Shown here piece by piece: positions 36,400 to 48,280 of a stretch of DNA of 64,000 nt (the stretch's first letter is position 1; every line of letters starts with the position of its first letter). Below the pieces are notes generated by a model. It was not told where the DNA came from. It searched no databases and saw only the letters and a program-made list of their open reading frames with translations. A program made the position numbers and the translations under genes. Origin of the DNA: Fimicolochytrium jonesii (lineage: Eukaryota); NCBI RefSeq assembly GCF_025526975.1, contig NW_026515685.1:434001-498000 (forward strand). The letters run 5' to 3'.

Positions 36400-37200
36400 G
36401 AATCCCCACTCATCACGGGTTGCTCTTCAACACCCGTTTTCTTTTCTACGCTTCCTCCAGCTCGGCTGACCTCGTCCTCTTCACACTATTCCTTCGTCAG
36501 CCCGTCTGACGCACGCTCTTCCTCTTTCGGCATCAGGCGGATCTCTGTAAATGCTCGCTGATCGCGTTCCTCAGCATGTGTTCTCCTCGGTCTCGATCCG
36601 GAAGTCATGCAAGATGCGCTTCGGATCCGCTGCTCCTCAGTCAATTTTTCCCCCTTCCACTTTATGCAGATTCTTGCTGATGACTCGGGCTCTCGCGCGA
36701 TGCGATGTGCCACGGGTTGATTCTCCTGTACTTCCACTACGCGGATGCTCTTGCTGGACACTATGCACCTGCCTACACGCTGCATGATTCTGCTAATCGC
36801 TGCTCTTCAACTCTGCTCCCCTGCGCGTACCTGCAGCGTCGCAACTACCACCTCCACCGGAACCGTGGTTGGGACTGCAACGGCAAGCACTATCTCCGCT
36901 GGGCACTCTTGCTCCTCCACGACGCGGTCGGCGCTCTTCAGCCGCTCTCTCCTCTTCCTCCACTCTGCATATTTTGTGCTAGTTGCAGCCGCTAATGGCA
37001 GCTGCTTATTTCCGCTCTTACACCTTTCGCTCCTCTGGTCGTCTCCGTCTCTCTTCCTGCACCCGCTGCGCCTTTCCTTGCCACTTCTACCTATCCATGC
37101 TAATCGCTCTTGCTCGACGCGGGCGCTCCTCAGCTAATCTCTCCTCTAACTCCACTCTGGCAAATTTCTGCTAGTCGCTGCTCTTCAAACTCGTTGCATT
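36400..37200 (-). pseudogene. Decayed E/R/Q-rich coiled-coil repeat gene relic
   Basis: EEQRLAE-type repeats at about 37160, 37100 and 36795, interrupted by several TAA/TAG stops and frameshifts. Confidence 0.6.
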
Positions 37201-37381
37201 CCTTGTGAGTGACAGCACGCGCGGAGTTTGCCACGCCAAGCCACCCGACGCCACTTCGTCCCAAAATCGCAGATCACATGACCCTCAAAAAAGACCGCCG
37301 TGCCCAAATGCCCCCTCACCTCGCCAACCGTCTTTTTCTTCCCCCCTTTTCAATTCATCACAGAGTTGACAGACAGCAACC

Positions 37382-38546
37382 ATGCCTCAGAGGAACTGTT
37401 CCAAGACCTACAAGGTCCCCAAGAGGCCCTTCGAGTCCGAGCGTCTCGACCAGGAGCTCAAGCTTGCTGGAGAGTATGGACTCAGGTGCAAGCGTGAAAT
37501 CTGTAAGTTGCCGGGAGAGGTGGGAATTGGGGTTTGTTGAGGTCGGGTCTGGATGCAGTTGAGGAGACGGAGGAAGGGGGTGGAGAGATGGGGGGGAAAG
37601 GAGGTTCTTAGGACGTAGTGGTGGTGGTGGGAGTCCTCTTGGGAATGATTTGGAGGTCGGATCTGTAGGTAGCTGGTCTCGTAGTAAGGGCATTTCGAGG
37701 ACTCTTTCGCCCCCCCTCGGGCTGTTGCTGTTTCTCGTACTGGAGGTTCTTGGCAACTGGGAGAACGAGCAAGAGCAGCAATTTCCCGAGGTTCTCGAAG
37801 TTATCAAAAACTGACTCTCTCCGTCTCTCGTTTCTCTTCTCAGGGCGTGTCGGTTACTCCCTCTCGCACATCCGTCGTGCCGCTCGTGAGCTCCTGACTC
37901 TCGAGGAGAAGGACCCCCGCCGTCTTTTCGAGGGTAACGCTTTGATTCGTCGTCTTATCCGCACCGGTATCCTCGACGAGTCCAAGGCCAAGCTCGATTA
38001 CGTTCTCGGTCTCAAGATTGAGGATTTCCTCGAGCGTCGTCTCCAGACCCAGGTCTTCAAGCTTGGTCTCGCCAAGTCGATCCACCACGCTCGTGTCCTC
38101 ATTCGTCAGAGGCACATTCGGTATGTGGCCACTGCGGTATCTTGAATTTTGTAAAAGTTCGATACCCGCATGTCACTTACTATTGGGATTCTATCTCCCG
38201 TTCTTTGCTTCTCCATAGCGTCGGCAAGCAGATCGTGAACATCCCCAGTTTCATCGTCCGCTTGGACAGGTTCGTACCCATGTCTGCCTCTTTTGTACTA
38301 TACAACGAGACGCCGTACTGACCCTCTTCCACCTTGTCTTTATAGCCAAAAGCACATCGACTTTGCCCTCACCTCTCCCTACGGAGGAGGCCGTGCTGGT
38401 CGTGTGAAGCGTAAGCGTGCTGCCGCCGCCGCCTCCAAGGTATGTATCTACTTTCCCCCTTCACTCAAATCCCATTCTTGAAGAAAAACGCTCATCGACC
38501 ATTTTCTCTATTTTTTTAGGGCGAGGAGGCCGAGGAGGAGGAATAG
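37382..38546 (+). CDS. RPS9: 40S ribosomal protein S9 (uS4); 5 exons, intron 1 37503-37843
   Basis: [85 protein letters not shown]. Confidence 0.97.
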
Positions 38547-38905
38547 ATCATTGACTGATCACGCAGGCCCGGGAGTCATGACCATGACCATGTCCTAGAC
38601 ACAGAACGCTCCTTGCTCCAGTGCCCCTTTCCTCTCTGCTTGTTTTGTCAGTCTACTACTCTGTCCATTTACTTGCACATAAAAGATTGTCATACTCCTG
38701 CATTCTCTCTACGTGTCGTATCGTCCCCACATGCATTCTTTATCCTCCCGCCCAGCGAGACAATGACGGTACAAAAAGCATACGCAAAAACACAAAACGA
38801 TGAAATGTTCGATGCTTTCATCACAGCGCTCCACGCCCCTCTTGCCCCCTCCCATCACAGCACAGAACCAAGCCGCCTTACTCCCCCTTCTCGTCCTCTT
38901 TATCC

Positions 38906-39250
38906 CCCCCGCCCTCCCTAATAATCGGCTTCCCATCCACTTCTTCAAGTGCGGAAACTTCTTCGTCATCTCAGCGACCCACACATTCTCCCCCGTGGCC
39001 TTCTCCTCCACCGGATTCCCGACAAACAGCACCTCGACACAATGCGCCAACCCGCCCAACGGCTGCAACCCACTCCAATCTCTTGATCTTATTGTTGCTC
39101 GCATACAGCACCTTGAGCTTCTTACAGCACTCGATCCCATTCAGCCGCTCGATCTGGCTGGTTATAGCTGATCCAGGGCTCCTCGAGATTGTCCGCAACG
39201 GCATCGATGCCCTCGCTCTTCTTGATGTTGTTGCGGCCGAGATGTCACTC
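38906..39250 (-). pseudogene. DNAL1: Outer-arm dynein light chain 1 (LC1/DNAL1) pseudogene fragment
   Basis: LGRNNIKK.EGIDAVADNLEEPWISYNQ / IERLNGIECCKKLKVLYASNNKIK / DWSGL...VLFVGNPVEEK...PHLKK / DGKPII, read across three frameshifts; N-terminal half not found. Confidence 0.85.
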
Positions 39251-40241
39251 TGCGAAATGTGACGACTGGACAAGGCGGGTTGGGAGGAGATACAGAGCAA
39301 CCGGGTCTCTCTCACGGCCCCGGAGCGGATCCGGAATGGGACACGGATGTAGTCCTGCTCTTTTTGTGCCCTGGGTTGTTTGCAGCTGTTCGTTTGAGCG
39401 AGCGGTGAACGGCACGGTTTGACAACTTTTCTGAGAATCGGCTACGCGCAATTGTTGGTCTCAGACTCTGACGCGTGAGGTGCGAAGTCATCGCGTCATC
39501 TGGACTTTTGAACGGTTCCTGGTCTGTCTCACCGGCATATGCCATATATGTCTCAACGGCATATGGGGAACCCTGGACGCTATCAGAACGGACGGGGGAT
39601 GGCCGCCAAAAGGAGCATCCATTAGCACTGCGGGCGCGCCGTGGCGGTGAATTCGACGCTGCTCGTATGGTATATGCCAGCGGATTCTTTCGACGACTGG
39701 AGATGTAGTGGGGCAGCCGCCGACGCAAAATACAGTATCTTGCCTCCCCACTTTGTGACATAGGATAAATCCAAAACGTGGTCGGGAAATGGAGCAGAGG
39801 ACATGATTGTGCGGCTGAAGACCGGGGCGAAAGACGGTGCTAGAAACGCATCGGAAAGCAATCTCTGTTTGACTAAAGAGCCCTCACTGAAGACGTACGT
39901 TCGTTGTCATCAAGTCGGGCTCCTGTTCACGAGGAAGCAACTCGGCCGACCAAGTCTAACGAGACACAAAAACGCTTGGAGACAGATGCAAGACCAAGAG
40001 CAAAAGTTGTTGGTTCGATAGGATGGATGTATTCAAGAAGTGAATGACAAAACCGATAGTTATCTACACAAGGAACGGATAGATTGGGTGTATGATGTAT
40101 GGGTGTGGGTGTGTGTTTTATCCTTCCCGCTAGGTGCTGCGGGTACGGTTCTGACAAAAACCGGATAATACAAAGTAGATAGGGAGAGATAGAGAGGGGG
40201 AGTTTGAACAAAAAAATCACTCTTTTCGAAGGGAGCGAAAT

Positions 40242-40761
40242 CTACTGGGACTCCTGGGTACCCTTTCCACCCTTGGTCTTCTTGGGCAAGAGGATGTTGT
40301 GGATGTTTGGCAAGACACCGCCCTGGGCGATGGTGACGTTGCCGAGCAGCTTGTTGAGCTCCTCGTCGTTGCGGATGGCGAGCTGCAGGTGGCGCGGGAT
40401 GATACGGGTCTTCTTGTTGTCGCGAGCGGCGTTGCCAGCCAGCTCGAGGATTTCGGCGCCGAGGTATTCGAGGACCGCCGCGAGGTACACTGGTGCGCCT
40501 GTTCAGAGAGAAAGAGAGGATAATTGTATGTGAGTGGATTTGTCACAGGAGAGAGAAAAGGTGAAGCACAGTCATGTGCGAGATCATGGGCGAAATGCAT
40601 TTCGAATTCTTACCAGCACCGACACGCTGAGCGTAGTTTCCTTTCCTGAGCAGACGGTGGATACGACCGACGGGGAACTGAAGACCGGCCTTGGACGAGC
40701 GAGACTTTCCGGCCTTGACGGTGTTCTTGTCGCCACCCGATTTGCCTTTTCCTCCAGCCAT
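40242..40761 (-). CDS. H2A: Histone H2A; 2 exons
   Basis: [43 protein letters not shown]...[11 protein letters not shown]. Confidence 0.98.
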
Positions 40762-41259
40762 TGTGTTGAGATGCGAGGGTTGAGTTGGGGTTTGGGTGAG
40801 TGAGTGGGTGTGTTGGCGAGTACGGTTGGGGGCGAGAGCTGAGTGTTGCTGTGAGGGAGTAAACGAGATTCGGGACTGAGGGGGGTTGTGTTTGGGCGGG
40901 GAGTCTTTATATGGCGCGTGTTTGGAGGTCCGCGAGCGAGAGCGAGAAGGAAGCGAGAGCGAGTGATTGGGTGGCGGAGCGCGTCGCAGGGTGATACACG
41001 CAATCTGCCCATAACGAGATACCCGCGCTTCTTGGTCGCTCAGCAGGAGTCCTTTGAAGCCATCCGGACACGCGCGCGAGAGGCCTCAAGTCCCTCCCCC
41101 AAGCGGAATATAAAAGGCACCCACGCAAACCCCCCTCCCCTGCGTTCCCTCCTTCCCCAAACACTCCCAGCTACCTACCCACGCTACCTACCCACTCACT
41201 ACCACTCGTCGTCACCCCCACTCTCTTCGACAACTCCGAATTACACCAGCTCATTCACA

Positions 41260-42017
41260 ATGGCACCCAAGGAAGCTCCCGCCTCTCAATCGTCCCAGGT
41301 CACTGGCGGAAAGAAGGTGCGCTTGCGACTCGTTTACCATTCCCCATTCCCATCCTGTTGCTGCCCCACATTCCTTCCATCACCTTCGACCCTCATTCCC
41401 AATCCACCAACTAACCTTTTCTCAATTCCATTCCATCCTCCCCCAATCCACAGCCCGCCGGCAAAGCCCCCGCCAAATCCACCACCGAAAAGAAGGAAGG
41501 CGCCAAAAAAGGCCGCAAGACCATCCGCCGCGAAACCTACTCCACCTACATCTACAAAGTCCTCAAGCAGGTTCACCCCGACACCGGAATCTCAAACAAG
41601 GCCATGTCCATTATGAACTCGTTCGTCAACGATATCTTCGAAAGGATCGCCGGTGAAGCCTCAAAGCTCGCTTCGTACAACAAGCGCTCGACGATTAGCT
41701 CCAGGGAGATTCAGACCGCCGTCAGGTTGATTCTGCCCGGTGAACTCGCCAAGCATGCCGTTTCGGAGGGTACCAAGTGAGTTTCTGATCTGCGACGACC
41801 GAAGAGAGGGGCAAGAATGCTGGAAGCAGGCGAGCTCTTCGCGAGCCCTACGCGAGCCACATTGCGCCAAAGGCGCTGGTCTCGTCTAGCACTCCGCTCT
41901 TAGCGAGCATCGCGAGCAAGCTCCTGCCCCACTGTCCTTTTCCGCGCTTTGAACGCCCTCACTCATCCACCTTTTCCTTTTCGCAGAGCCGTGACCAAAT
42001 ACCAATCCTCCAAGTAA
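41260..42017 (+). CDS. H2B: Histone H2B; 3 exons (introns 41317-41453 and 41777-41986)
   Basis: [46 protein letters not shown]...[19 protein letters not shown]; divergent from H2A. Confidence 0.98.
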
Positions 42018-42713
42018 ACCAACCAATACCCGCAAGCCAAAACCCCCCATCATCCCCCATCTTGCATACATCCCACCCCTCTCCTACAGTCGTCTTTTCG
42101 TGTGTGTCGCGGTTGTTGTTTTCTTTCATTTCGAAAGAGCGTTTTTGTAAAAACGGGCGACCACCCCCTCCCCCCAAATCCTTATCTTGTGAGAGCCAAT
42201 ACAATATCCCTATATCAAATTGTAAATAGGATAAAAAGCAATGGATTTGTGAACTTGAACTTTGGAGCTGCAGGTGTGGTCTCGTGTATGGCCGGCTAGA
42301 TACGTGTCGCCATAGGTGGATCCACCTCAGGTCGGATCACTGAGCTCAAAAGGCCGATGCATGCTGAACTCTGGGGCCCCTATACCCGTAACTCGCACTT
42401 TTCGCTCGCTCGAGTCAGATCCCGGAGACCGGGGGACGGAGGACCTAACATGTGTTCTTATGTATGCGTGTGGGGGTTGCGAGGGGGGACCGGACACTTT
42501 TCCCAATCGACGGCGTCAACCTCGCCGTAACGCGGCAGGAAAGAACGGAAACGTCGGGATACTTTTGTTCGAAGAGGTTGTGCAACGTTCTTCCTAACAC
42601 TCTACTGTATACACGGCCCAATGGGTTTCTTGTTATCTCGTGTGTCCCGTATATGAGGGGCCGTGTCGTATGCACCATTACATTTTTCACTATTGATCAG
42701 TACGTCCGGCGGC

Positions 42714-42740
42714 GGGGGGGGGGGGGGGGGGGGGGGGGGG
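42714..42740 (+). repeat. G27 homopolymer
   Basis: Read directly from sequence. Confidence 0.9.
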
Positions 42741-42788
42741 ATGTGCGGATCCGTGTAATAGATATGTGCGTATATCAACCGTACGCCG

Positions 42789-45267
42789 CTACGCCGCCCT
42801 CCCGCGCCGCCTCTCACACACGTGCAAAACGCCTCTCACAAACACGCCCGTCCACGTCCCTCTCCACCTCGCCCGCGGGTCCCTCAAACACTCCACGCCG
42901 CCCCCACCGCCCCACTCCAGCACCCCCGTATACTCCGCCAAGTACAGCCGCGGCACCGTGTCGGTGTACCCGCCGTACATGTCGTCGGCATACGCCCACG
43001 TGCATAATAGGCCTAGGGGGGTGATGACGAAGAATTCGTGGGTGTTGTCGAGGGACGAGGTTTGGAAGAGGCCGAGGGTGTGGCGGTGGGTGTGGCGGAA
43101 GAAGGGGTTGTGGGAGGAAAAAGGGAGGGGGAGGAGGGGTGTGGTGGGGGGTTGGTGGGCTAAGGGGAGAAAACAGGGGTGCGTGAGTGGGGGGATGGGG
43201 GAATCGGGGAAGGGGACAGTGAACTGTGGACGATACATGACACTTACCGTCCTCGCGGCGAAACCGGTACGTGGATTTGAGGGATGGGTCGATGCGGGAA
43301 TATTGTAATGTGTGGGGTCCATCGTCGCTCTCGGTGGTTTCCGTTTCTTCTTCGTTTTTGTTGGCATCTTCATGCACCGTTTTCGCTCCTCCCGCGTCGA
43401 CTTTGCCTTCGGTGTTGTTATCGTTGCCGTGCTCCGCGCCCGCCGCTTCGTCCGCGTTCTTTTTCGTCCCATACAATCTCGCTCGCCGCTGTTTGCGCGT
43501 TTCGCCCGACATCCGTGATGGTTCCCCAATGCTTCCCGGTGCACTCTCGCCACTCAGCTTCGTCTTGCCCTTTCGCTTCACTTCATTCTCATCCTCCCAC
43601 CCGCTCTTCCCGATCTTACTCACAGGTTTCGGCGCATTCCACCACTCTCCCTCATCCCCGCCCTCCCGCCCATCCCCCACCTTCTTCCCCTTCCCAACCA
43701 CCCTTACAGCATCCCCAACCGCATACCAAAAATGCCTCAAATACACCTGCCTCCACACCGCATCCGTCTGCGTCGCCTGATAAAAGGCCGTGCAGACAAA
43801 GGAGAGCTTGCAGAGGTCGGTGTAGGATTGGGTCGCGTAGGTGAGGATGCGGGTGAGGGGGGTGGAGGGGAGGGTTAGGATGTGCGATTTTGGTGGTTGT
43901 GCAGGTCGTGGGTGTGACGATGCGTGTAATGTTTTCGTCGACTCGACGGAATCAGTGATCCTGACTTTCCCCCTCCTCCTCCACCCCAACCCAAACGCGA
44001 CATCCCAGATCTCCCTCATATACGGCGTCAACTCCAGACAGTCCTCTTTATCCGAATGGGCAAAGAAGCATTGTTTTAGGGGTCGGAGTTTGCAGTTGAC
44101 GCCCTTTGGGCACCAGGGGATGTGCGGTTGGGCGTGGCGGAGGTTGCAGGCGGAGCCTTTTGAGCAGGGGTTGGAGGGGAGGTCTGGGTGGGTGGCGGTT
44201 GAGGAATGGGAGGAGGGGTTGGAGGTGGACGGAGTAGTGCATGTTGTTGTTTGCGCGGAGGCGGTCGATGAGGTTGTCGAGGCTATATTTGTCTTCTTCG
44301 TCTGTCTTGGCGTATTGGAGGATATAGTGGACGACGACTCGACGATGCAGTTGATTGGTAGTTTGGCTTTTCGAGATTGTCCCACAGCTGTGCAGCTCAC
44401 AGGCTCGGCTGGTGCAGAGAATTTCGATCCGTTGCTCTGCGAGCCGTCCGTCGCTCCAACAGCCGCCCAACCTCCATCTCCCCACGTCCTAATCGCAGCG
44501 GTTCCGGTATCCACCGCCCAGGAGGTCGGGGCGATTGCTGACACCGTTGGGCCACTTAGACTAGCAACCTTCTTCTGCACAAGCGTAAAGCCGGACAATG
44601 GTAACGGCTTTGCCCATGCGCCTTTGGCGTTGGCTGTGGGGCCTTTCGCGGTCGGTGCCAATTCCGTTTGTGCGGGTCTGGATGTGACATTTTTGGCGAC
44701 GTCTGACCATCGGTGGGTATTCGGTTTCGTTTTGAGAGGGATTGCTGTGGTGACCTCCTCGGGTTTTGCCACCCAGGTTGGAGTGCCATCAAACACAGCC
44801 TGTTTCGTCTGTCCCCAGGCCCCAGGGGCCGTAGCTTCCGGTTGTGTTGAGGTGGCTTTCGATGCACCTGCCTCCGCTCCCATTCCCTCCCTCGTTGACG
44901 CAATCGACGTTTCCGCATCTCTTTTGCCGGATTTCGCCCCACTCTTTCCTGACTTTCCCGTTCTCGCGCTCCTCCCATCCTTAACCTCCCCGCTTCCTCT
45001 TCCCCGCCCGTTCAACGGCACCTTATCCCAAAAGGCGGGACATAAAGGCCATTCCTTCGATATCGTTGCGCGGTGAGCCGAGACTTTCGGGCCGAGATAC
45101 GCAGACAGGCTTTCGAAATATGGGTTGGAGAAGGAGGCTCCCTTCTCGTGGGGTAGTTGTATGAAGCAGAGAATGTGGTCGAAGCGGTGTTTGTGGAGTT
45201 TGTGGGAGGTTGTGGTGGCGGCGGTGGGGTGGGTCCTGGAAGAAGTGGCTTTGCTGCTTTTGGGCAT
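42789..45267 (-). CDS. Protein with CCCH-type zinc fingers and an F-box-like domain; probable intron starting near 43246
   Basis: CSKGSACNLRH and CPKGVNCKLRPLKQCFFAH; ILTLPSTPLTRILTY...DLCKLSFVCTAFYQATQTDAVWRQVY; last exon taken from the frame ending at 42789. Confidence 0.7.
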
Positions 45268-45273
45268 ACTGTT

Positions 45274-45276
<3 letters not shown>

Positions 45277-45305
<29 letters not shown>
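45277..45305 (+). repeat. G29 homopolymer
   Basis: Read directly from sequence. Confidence 0.9.
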
Positions 45306-45596
45306 TAAACTGGGAGTGTCCAGAAAGAGCAGGAGTGGGAAGAAGAAAGCGCGTGGGAAGAGCGAATAGACGTCCCTGGGGGAGACTAGTCATAAGCAGT
45401 GGGGGTCCCTTTCTAAACTAAGTACTGTAGCGAGTGTCGTCATCGCTGCCGAGTCCGCTCTTTGATGTCGCTCTCAAGGGCGCCGTTCTTTTCCTCGTCT
45501 GCTTTCTCTCAGAACACTGAGCTCCCTATCGCTAAACAACCAACCCCCCCACACTTTCCCAAACACAAGGCTTACGACAAAAACCTTATCGGCACC

Positions 45597-46535
45597 ATGA
45601 ACGTAGAGGGGGTGAGTAAAAACCGTCTGTACATACCCCGGGCATCTTGGGACTATTCCAGCAGCAACCTAGCTCGCGACGGCAAGATTAGCACACTAAC
45701 CCCCGATCTCCCCAACTTTCTCCCAACGCAGTACCTATTCCTGTTCGGGGTGGTAATGGCAGCAGTGCTGCTGTTCGCCATGGTCTTTTTCGTAAGTCCG
45801 ACAATCTCAGAGTATTCGATGTGTATGAGTGGATGTGAGGATGAATGAACACTGACGATTTATGGCAACACTCGCAGATAATAATGTTTTCCGATCTGGA
45901 ATGCGATTACATCAACCCCATCGACCTGTGCAACCGTCTCAACACTGTGAGTAGAGGAGATCACTTCCAGTCGGGGGATCTTCAGCAGCAAACGAATGGG
46001 GGGCGGACGGGCAAAAACTGCTGGACCGCCCAGAAACATCCCACCAAACTCATGCACCACCTCCATCTCTCTCTCTCTCTCTCTCTCGCCCATTCTCGCA
46101 GTTCGTATTACCAGAAAGGTTCGCCCACGCCTTCCTCTGGGCAATGTTCCTTCTCAAAGGCAGCTGGATCGCGTTGTTGCTGAATACACCGCTATTGGCA
46201 TGGCATGGATACCAGTACGTATTCACAATGGAGAGATTTAAGTCGGTTCAGGAGGGAATGGGCGAAAAGCGGGAGTGGGTCACTTATGCCGCCGGAATTT
46301 CTTGTTGATTTCTCGCAGAGTCATGAACAACCGACACATGTACGACGCAACAGAGATATTCCGCACGCTGCCGCAACATAAGAAGGAATGCTTTTTGAAG
46401 TTGGGATTCTACCTGCTTTGTTTCTTCTACTGTGAGTTTATCAATCATCCCTCGTCTCCATTCACGGCGCACACTCACCCACAGCGCATATCATTAGACC
46501 TGTACCGCATGATCCTCGCCCTCCTAAACGAGTAA
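45597..46535 (+). CDS. ERV14: Cornichon/Erv14 ER cargo receptor; 6 exons
   Basis: [34 protein letters not shown]...[20 protein letters not shown]. Confidence 0.95.
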
Positions 46536-46910
46536 GCCCGGCCCGCCAGCTCGCCACACATACCCTCCATGCACTTTCGGTTTCGCAAAGCCCGTCCCAC
46601 ATTGCGCATAAAGACCCGTTCCGTCCATCCGACTTCACGTCCATCCTCCCGCCCTCACCATCCCTGCCTCAGTCCCTCTCCGCCTTACACCGGGCCCTTA
46701 CAGCCTATGCTGAAGATCCGATTTCCGATCGGATAGCGGGCAAATCCATCAACCCCGCGCGGTCCCTTGTACAAAGAGCCCAAAAGCATATACTCTGATA
46801 TTTTTTTGATGATATATCCATCCTTTTCTATTCTCATATGGTTCCATTTGCAAAAATGTACAATTGCGGGAGGTCTCGCAAGCCGTCGCGTCGGGGGACA
46901 TTGCCAAAAC

Positions 46911-47828
46911 TCATGGCCGGGTCTTGGACTCGATCAACTGCTGGTTCAGCCACTCCTCTGTCAGTTCCTCCGAGTCTGTTAGGTCAAAGATCTACACGAA
47001 AACAAAGAACCAAATAGCATCAACATCCCACCCACTCCGTTGAAAAGATGTGATGTGAATGTGCTTCGACCCCAAAAAAACGCTACCTTCCCCGTAACAT
47101 CACACTCCTGGTACAGATAATTCTTCGTGCTCGCATACAGCATCCGGTTCGCCGTGCTCGCGCCGCCGGGGTTATAATACAACCCTACCAAAAAAGCACC
47201 CCACATCAGGGCCCCGAGCCACATCCGCGCGGCACGACAGGCGGTACGCACCGAACATGGGATAACTTATCCGCCCATCGCCATGCCTCAGCTCGGACGA
47301 GACGACGAGGAACCGCGGCGTCGTGTCGGGGAGGGCCTGCGCGATGTCCTCTGTGTGTGCGGATCCCACATCCCGTCAGCGTGGCCACTCGAGCAAAACC
47401 AACCGCTGTTGCGGGACCCCTACCGATCGGCACGTCGTCGAGCTGCTCGTCAAGCACGACCTGCCAAACCCGAGTGCGTAAGTCCCGTGTTCTGCCGGCT
47501 GATCAAACACCCCCCTGGAGGTCTCAGCAACCCACGTACCCTCAACGCCGCGGTATCGATCTTGAATATCACCGCGGCATTGCTCTTCGATTTCCTAAAC
47601 ACCCCCCGCCCGGGGAACCACACCCCCAGTCAGTACACCCGTCCGCATCCCCGCGCGAAGGGTGATCGATGCGTGGCGACCCAACATACCTGAATCGGAA
47701 TTTCTTGACGATGGCTTTGATGTCCGCGGGCACGTCGCAGGTGTTGTTGACGGTGTTGGAGCTCTGGGGAGACCGAGGAGAGGGATGAGATATCGAATCA
47801 GAGCGTGGATGAAGGGGGATTTTACCAT
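46911..47828 (-). CDS. GMF: Glia maturation factor (ADF-H, Arp2/3 debranching; Aim7/Gmf1); multi-exon
   Basis: KKFRF, LPDTTPRFLVVS...DGRISYPM, RMLYASTKN, IFDLTDSEELTEEWL. Confidence 0.9.
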
Positions 47829-48280
47829 GGTGGGTGGGGTGCCTCTTGACGGGGGGATGAGGGAAGAATGCCGTAATGGGAACGAGGACGGTCTGACCCA
47901 GTTCTGACCGATGTGATTGATATTTTGACGCGTGCGTTTTGGGATCTGGGCGTTTGGAATAGGAAATGACCGCACTTTTTGCGAAGGCGGGGCCGAGGAA
48001 AACATGGTACAAGTATGGTACAAGTCTCCCAACACCCTCATAGAAAACATAGCATTTCAAAGACACAAAGACGAGAATGCATTGAACAAAAACATGGGTA
48101 GCTGTGATAACGTTTTCTTTCGATAGCATAGCGAGGGGGTTGGAGAGACGGGTATCCACGGACACGACGAGGAACGACCGTCGGTCCGCCTCCAACGACG
48201 TCCTCGAAACAGCACTTGAACGGCACTCCAAGTGATCCAAAGCGTCTCCCACATCGATCTGTGATTCTTCCCTCCACTGC

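Noticed and set aside
36960..37100. TAA/TAG codons within an E/Q/R-rich frame as a sign of stop-codon reassignment
   Set aside because: Conserved genes in the window end at TAA/TAG and the region also has frameshifts; pseudogene decay explains it
39320..40020. Short ORFs between the DNAL1 relic and H2A (also 42445-42690 and 8339-8680)
   Set aside because: No recognisable motifs or splice structure; cannot be supported as genes
40761..41260. Divergent H2A-H2B pair
   Set aside because: Standard arrangement in fungi
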